Shown here: positions 27,801 through 32,000 of the stretch, piece by piece
Position numbering within the stretch: position 1 is the first letter of the stretch
Layout of the letters: every line of letters begins with the position of its first letter
Origin: an uncultured bacterium
GTDB lineage: Bacteria; Patescibacteriota; Gracilibacteria; UBA1369; PNNO01
Reading direction: 5' to 3'
Assembly: GCA_963704705.1 (NCBI GenBank)
Contig: OY969931.1
Location: 1-32,000, forward strand
DNA length: 32,000 nt
The notes under the pieces: generated by a model
Told to the model about the DNA's origin: nothing
Databases searched by the model: none
Seen by the model: the letters and a program-made list of their open reading frames with translations, nothing else
Program-made: the position numbers and the translations under genes

Positions 27801-30800
27801 AGATATAGCGCTACGACCAGCAGGAACAACAACAACAGCATATGTGAAAATAGGCGATGGAGGAGCTGGCTCAGCAACTCCGGATTTACTTGCCCTTGAT
27901 GTAAAATCAGACGCAGGTGATCCTGCCGGAACAAACGGAGCAATGTATTACAATGCAAATGCAAATAAATTCCGTTGTTATGTAAATGGTTCATGGAGCG
28001 ACTGCGATACAACAGGAGGCACAGCAAGTTTACAGAGCGCATATAATAATGGCCCGGGAATAACAACAGCAGGCGCAGCTGATATTGCTTTCACCTTAAC
28101 TTCAGGCAATTTTACAGCTACAGGCGCAGGCGCGGTTAATTTAACGCCTACCAGCGCTTCAAGCTTTAATTCAGGAGGCGCTTTAACTTTAACAGGAGGA
28201 GCAGCATCAACCTGGTCAACAAGTTCAGGAGCTTTAACAATTACTTCTGCAGCTGCCACTACATGGGGAACAGGCGCCGGGGATTTAACTTTGCAGGCAG
28301 CCGGTTCAGGTACAACAGCCAGTGTTAAAATAGGTGCAGGCGGCGCAGGCTCAACAACACCGGATTTATTTAGCGTTGATGTAAAATCAACTACAGGCGA
28401 TCCTGCAGGCGGATATAATGGCGCGATGTACTATAATGAGTTTGATAATCTTTTCCGCTGTTATGAAGCAGGAGGCTGGAAAAACTGTGGTTCATCAGCA
28501 GCTTCGGCAACCACTTTAGAACAGGCTTATACCGCAGGGCCAACTATAACCACTTCCGGCGCTGATGTTGCATTAATTCTAACTTCAGGCAACTTTACTG
28601 CTTCAGGCGCAGGTTCGGTTGATTTAACGCCGACCAGCGCATCAAGCTTTACTTCAGGCGGCGCATTAACTTTAACCGGTGGCGCGGCATCCAGCTGGAC
28701 AACCACAGCAGGAGCATTAACGATTGATGCGGGAACAACAACTCCGGATGCTCTAAATTTGGGCACAACAAACGCTACGGCGGTAAATATAGGCAATGCT
28801 GGTGCAGCCACGATCAACGCAGGGTCATTTCAGACAGGCAATGATTCAAACACCGGTTCGTTAAAAATAGCAGACGGTTCATCTAATTATATTACCTTAA
28901 TCTCACCGGCGATTGCCGCAGATTACACGTTAACTTTGCCGGCTGACGACGGCACCCCAAACCAGTTTTTATCTACTAATGGCAGTGGCATCTTGTCCTG
29001 GACAAATCCTGTGAATCCAATGACTACCGAAGGGGATATGGCCTATTATACTGCGGGAGCTCCAGCCAGATTGCCAATTGGTATTTCAGGAACGGTATTG
29101 AAATCTGATGGCACAGACCCTGCATGGACAGCTCTGACGAGTTCGGATGTAGGTCTTGGCAACGTAACGAACGATGCTCAGATTTCAAAATCAATCGGAA
29201 CGGCAAAAGGTGATTTAATCGCATACACCGCGAGTAATTCACCGGTAAGATTACCAGTAGGCGCCAACGGTCAATATCTTGTTGTCGATTCAGGTCAGGC
29301 TACAGGTGTAAAATGGTCAAGTCTAACTATCGGAAATGATTCTCTCGATTTTGCACAGTTGATCGACACAATGACAGTTGATGCAAACACTTCAATAGAT
29401 CTCGCGGGATTCAATTTCACGATAAATGATTTAACAGGAGGCGGAGCACTGGGCATATCAACTAATGCAGCAGCTTTAACTTTAACAGCAGGGGCAGCTT
29501 CAACCTGGTCAACTTCTTCAGGTGCATTAACAATTGATTCAGCAGCAGGATTAAACCTTGGAACAACAAATGCAACAGGTATAACAATAGGTAGTGCAGG
29601 CGTAGCTACGACCAACATAGGGTCGTTTCAAACAGGCAATGGGGCAAATACCGGTTCATTAAAAATAGCGGATGGTTCAACGAATTACATCACATTAACT
29701 TCACCTCCAATAGCTACGGATTACACATTAACTTTACCAATTAACACCGGAACAAACGGACAGGCTTTAACTACAAACGGTTCAGGCACATTATCATGGT
29801 CAACAATATTTACAGATCCAATGACAACCAGGGGAGATTTAGTATATAGGGACGCAACAAATACAACTACAAGACTGGGCAGAGGCACTGCCGGCCAGGT
29901 TTTAAAATCAGATGGAACAGATATTTCATGGCAAACATTAACAAATTCGGATGTCGGCCTGGGCAATGTAACAAATACAGCTCAGATTGCAAAATCAATC
30001 GGAACGGCAAAAGGAGATTTAATCGGATATAGTGCAAGCAACACTCCGGCCAGAGTACCTTTAGGGGCACTTAACGGTTATGTTTTAACTCAGGATTCAG
30101 CTTCTGCAGCCGGGGTTAAATGGGCTGCACCTTCTGTTATTGACGACTCACTCGATTTTGCGCAGTTCAGTGATTCAATGACGCTTGACGCAAGCACTTC
30201 AATAAATCTCGCGGGCCAAAATTTAACAATTAATGACGCGACAGGAGGCGGAGCATTAAAATTGGGCACCGTTGATACAACTGGCACGTTATTTGTTCTT
30301 GATACTAAAACAACCGCCGGAGATCCTACCGGCACCAACGGGGCGATGTATTATAACTCCAATTCAAATACAAGGCGCTGTTATGATAACGGAGCATGGA
30401 AAAATTGCGATGCCAACGTTGCCAATTATCTGTTTGCGTATGATACTACGGATCAAACCGTATTAAGTACTGGCGCATTTCAAACGATTACTTTTACCAA
30501 CCCTTCAGCGGTTGCAAGTGGCTGGACTTACAGCGCAGGTAATTTTACCGCTCCTGCAGCCGGCCTTTATCTAGTACAATATAATGCCGAAGTTGGCAGA
30601 GATAACAACGGGGATAGTACAGTTACGATTCGTGCTACAAAAAATGCTGCGGAAATAAGCGGCAGCGCAGCTTTTTCTTCTCCGTCCAAGGGTAATAGAC
30701 CGGTCAGATTAATGAATTCTTTCATGGTCAATTTGTCGGCAAGCGATTTGCTTCAACTTCAATTAACAGCAGACGGTACAGGACACAGTGTTGGCTTGTT

Positions 30801-30864
30801 TTCAAATAATGACTACGGTACAACTAAACCAAGAATAACCCTAACCATAACAAAATTAACTTAA
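24832..30864 (+). CDS. 2010 aa repetitive secreted surface protein with tail-fibre-like repeats and C-terminal C1q/TNF-like domain
   Basis: Signal peptide; five 'NGAxYYNxxxNxxRCYxxGxWxxC' motifs; 'SDVGLGNVTNDAQISKSIGTAKGDLIAY' blocks; C-terminus 'FQTITFTNPSAVASGWTYSAGNFTAPAAGLYLVQYNAEVGRDNNGDSTVTIRATKNAAEI...' C1q-like. Confidence 0.85.
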   Translation: MFLVKKRFLKTLICFLVIFQCGLVSAIPAAFAATNIGTDVTTDGDVKAGDGSFILLGSQPDPDPAGVNGAIYYNTTNSKFRCYENSSWKDCIASAASVVLSSIGSAIVANTINNGDFAQIWNWSLTTADQIGLNISENLASTAGGDPRLLGISTLVGSTAQPLHIENFGNNNSISVDDEPGDTTPFVVTETGQVGVGTSTFNVANTEKLKVESEPGSQRISGFYGDINAPQYISIQNRNSGINASSAISSVSDDGTTFSNYITTGIASSGFADPLYSIAGPHDAYIFNVADFSGTGGGNLVIGTAEPNKSIKFATGGGLDASNERLRIDSLGNVGIGTTTPGSKLDVNGEIRFSNAASDYVGFTAPAAVTTSTTYTLPVDDGTGGQALVTDGSGNLSWASATSVWQRIGTVLSPLIAGDDITTTGNISATGTGTVTSAGLLTGSGGADISGADVEINKDSNFNTYINTGTSTGTVNIGSSLAGAVVIESASTVTLQGGANTITSPTGEIKFQAADSATTGVVKVGDGGAGSTTPDILALDVKSDAGDPVLGSNGSMYYNANTNKFRCYVNGSWSNCASAALDTTSAAVAANTINNGDNAQRWNWSLTTANKKGFTFGENVASTASGAPVILTASTLASSTAMPLFVENLGNGNSFRVDDSSGDTTPFLIDENGNVAIGSNSFDPVNPERLKVESGPTSSSSVISAYGDIDAPLYIEVRDRNSGTSAASVFAATADDGDTGTNYAAMGIASSGFSDPTYGIAVPHDAFLFNVGDFTGTQGGNMIIGTVEPGMSIKFITGGGAAATNEQMRIDENGYVGINTTTPGSELDVNGEIRFSNAASDYVGFAAPAAVTTSTTYTLPADDGSSGDALVTDGSGNLSWMGALPPLKRVGTTISPVNDGDDITTSGNLYTTGTGTITSAGLLTGNAGAEISGAVTNINNNSNFNTTINNGTSTGSVTIGNSSAGTIDLTSGAALTLNGGATSGFSTTAGDIALRPAGTTTTAYVKIGDGGAGSATPDLLALDVKSDAGDPAGTNGAMYYNANANKFRCYVNGSWSDCDTTGGTASLQSAYNNGPGITTAGAADIAFTLTSGNFTATGAGAVNLTPTSASSFNSGGALTLTGGAASTWSTSSGALTITSAAATTWGTGAGDLTLQAAGSGTTASVKIGAGGAGSTTPDLFSVDVKSTTGDPAGGYNGAMYYNEFDNLFRCYEAGGWKNCGSSAASATTLEQAYTAGPTITTSGADVALILTSGNFTASGAGSVDLTPTSASSFTSGGALTLTGGAASSWTTTAGALTIDAGTTTPDALNLGTTNATAVNIGNAGAATINAGSFQTGNDSNTGSLKIADGSSNYITLISPAIAADYTLTLPADDGTPNQFLSTNGSGILSWTNPVNPMTTEGDMAYYTAGAPARLPIGISGTVLKSDGTDPAWTALTSSDVGLGNVTNDAQISKSIGTAKGDLIAYTASNSPVRLPVGANGQYLVVDSGQATGVKWSSLTIGNDSLDFAQLIDTMTVDANTSIDLAGFNFTINDLTGGGALGISTNAAALTLTAGAASTWSTSSGALTIDSAAGLNLGTTNATGITIGSAGVATTNIGSFQTGNGANTGSLKIADGSTNYITLTSPPIATDYTLTLPINTGTNGQALTTNGSGTLSWSTIFTDPMTTRGDLVYRDATNTTTRLGRGTAGQVLKSDGTDISWQTLTNSDVGLGNVTNTAQIAKSIGTAKGDLIGYSASNTPARVPLGALNGYVLTQDSASAAGVKWAAPSVIDDSLDFAQFSDSMTLDASTSINLAGQNLTINDATGGGALKLGTVDTTGTLFVLDTKTTAGDPTGTNGAMYYNSNSNTRRCYDNGAWKNCDANVANYLFAYDTTDQTVLSTGAFQTITFTNPSAVASGWTYSAGNFTAPAAGLYLVQYNAEVGRDNNGDSTVTIRATKNAAEISGSAAFSSPSKGNRPVRLMNSFMVNLSASDLLQLQLTADGTGHSVGLFSNNDYGTTKPRITLTITKLT
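25841..25971 (+). repeat. Coding repeat copy A1 (partner 27288-27412)
   Basis: '...acaacaactccggg...gatgt(t/a)aacggagagataagattttcaaatgccgcatcggattatgtcggatt...cagctccggcagcagttacaacttcaac' near-identical in both places. Confidence 0.85.
27288..27412 (+). repeat. Coding repeat copy A2
   Basis: See 25841-25971. Confidence 0.85.
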
Positions 30865-30870
30865 TATTAT

Positions 30871-31314
30871 ATGAAATCAAACCTTCTTAAATCCAAAAAA
30901 CTAAGTCTCGCAATTAAAATTGTAATAATTTTTATTATTGCTCTAGTTGTTCTTTTTGCAATTTATTTTGCACTTGATCGTGCCGGCGTTATTCAAACTT
31001 ACCAGCTCGGTCTTCAGACGCAGGAACAACAAACTATGCAGCAAGAAGATCAGATGGCATTGGAAAGTCTTAAAAAGATTATACTGTTACCTGATGATTT
31101 TGATCCAACAATAGCTGTTATTAAAGATGCTGAAGCTTTAAAACAAGAGCAGCCTGACTTTTTTGGAAATGCGAAAAATGGCGATCGTGTGATTATTTAT
31201 CCGGATACAGCAATAATTTATGATTATCAGGCAAATAAAATTATTAAAGTAGGGCCTGTGACAATGCAACCTGCGCCAACTGCAGAAGGTGAGAATACCG
31301 AAACACCTCAATAA
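30871..31314 (+). CDS. Small single-pass membrane protein of unknown function
   Basis: 147 aa; N-terminal TM 'KIVIIFIIALVVLFAIYFAL'; tightly spaced between surface-protein genes. Confidence 0.65.
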   Translation: MKSNLLKSKKLSLAIKIVIIFIIALVVLFAIYFALDRAGVIQTYQLGLQTQEQQTMQQEDQMALESLKKIILLPDDFDPTIAVIKDAEALKQEQPDFFGNAKNGDRVIIYPDTAIIYDYQANKIIKVGPVTMQPAPTAEGENTETPQ

Positions 31315-31316
31315 AT

Positions 31317-32000
31317 ATGAAAAAATTTACAGCATTATTCGCGATTATATTTTTTTTATCGTCGACTGTAGCTTTCGCTATCAACGACGTTACCATTACG
31401 GATGTCACAAATTTTGATTTAAATACCGCGGATACAGCGGCAGCAACAACAATCACTGCTGCAACAGGCGGTGTCGCAACAAATCTTTATGTTGAATCAA
31501 ATTATATTGATATTACAATCGACAACCTTTCTGCAATCACTTTTAATACAACCGTTGGTGGAAATTATTTGAAGATCACAAAAGTTTCAGGTTCAAGTGA
31601 TTACACGCTTGTTCCAACATGTCCAACAACGACCGCGACAATTACCGGCACAGGAGCTCAGGTGGTTTTGCGTCTACAGGTTTATACAACAGACCAATGT
31701 ACTGTCGTTGTTCCGCCATCAGGAGGCGGCGGCGGTGGCGGTGGAGGTATTATAAACACTCCTGGAGAATCTGTTTTGAGCTCCCCTTTTATAGACATTG
31801 ATGGGCACTGGGCGGAAGCATACATAAACAAGGTGTATAACCTCGGATATGTTCAGGGATATGAAGACAACACCTTCAAACCCGATCAATACATTACGCG
31901 TGCTGAAGCAGCCAAGTTGATTGCTCTATGGTTTGATAAAAATATAACCAACGCTTCTTGTTTAGCAGATTTCTATTCAGATGTGTCATGTGACGAATGG
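31317..32000 (+). CDS. 3'-truncated secreted protein with SLH domain(s)
   Basis: ATG at 31317 opens a frame that runs to the window end (absent from the ORF track because no stop is reached): MKKFTALFAIIFFLSSTVAFA...; Gly-rich linker; 'PFIDIDGHWAEAYINKVYNLGYVQGYEDNTFKPDQYITRAEAAKLIALWF'. Confidence 0.85.
   Translation, partial: MKKFTALFAIIFFLSSTVAFAINDVTITDVTNFDLNTADTAAATTITAATGGVATNLYVESNYIDITIDNLSAITFNTTVGGNYLKITKVSGSSDYTLVPTCPTTTATITGTGAQVVLRLQVYTTDQCTVVVPPSGGGGGGGGGIINTPGESVLSSPFIDIDGHWAEAYINKVYNLGYVQGYEDNTFKPDQYITRAEAAKLIALWFDKNITNASCLADFYSDVSCDEW

Noticed and set aside
27755-29618. Several 70-103 aa minus-strand ORFs inside the giant gene
   Set aside because: Antisense translations of Ala/Thr/Gly-rich repeats; they lack independent signals and lie within a continuous 2010-codon ORF.
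24832-30864. Phage tail-fibre gene / prophage
   Set aside because: The motifs resemble tail fibres, but the protein has a signal peptide and no capsid, portal, terminase or integrase genes are nearby; interpreted as a cellular surface protein.
1-32000. CRISPR array, insertion sequence or integron attC array
   Set aside because: I saw no regularly spaced identical direct repeats with unique spacers, no transposase or integrase, and the repeats found are either coding or the sparse 37-nt element.

Overview
This 32 kb window is AT-rich and dominated by cell-surface genes. It probably comes from a Patescibacteria/CPR-like or similar bacterium; that is an inference from gene style, not tested. 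From left to right it contains: (1) a 5'-truncated secreted protein followed by three DUF916-like (WxL-peptidoglycan-binding-like) membrane-anchored proteins and a small secreted WxL-like protein; (2) a secreted protein with six DUF4215 Cys-rich repeats and a C-terminal dockerin-like module, followed by a 1035 aa anchored protein with an N-terminal cohesin-like domain and Ca-binding repeats; (3) a site-2 protease; (4) a minus-strand oxidative-folding operon (VKOR, thioredoxin-like, CcdA-like, lipoprotein); (5) dnaN and mfd; (6) a strongly GC-rich patch with an atypical exported protein, an 82 aa zinc-knuckle-like ORF and a complete tmRNA gene (ssrA); (7) a two-gene operon pairing a group IV PLP decarboxylase with an uncharacterised 612 aa protein; (8) a 2010 aa repetitive surface protein ending in a C1q/TNF-like domain, a small membrane protein and a 3'-truncated SLH-domain protein. 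The observations most worth following up are a 37-nt element present three times in intergenic DNA, each copy just upstream of a candidate promoter; the GC-rich island, whose genes have strong Shine-Dalgarno sites while the other genes I checked lack them; a nested inverted-repeat structure downstream of mfd; the adjacent cohesin-like and dockerin-like genes; and a structured leader before the WxL-like gene. No database searches or folding programs were run.
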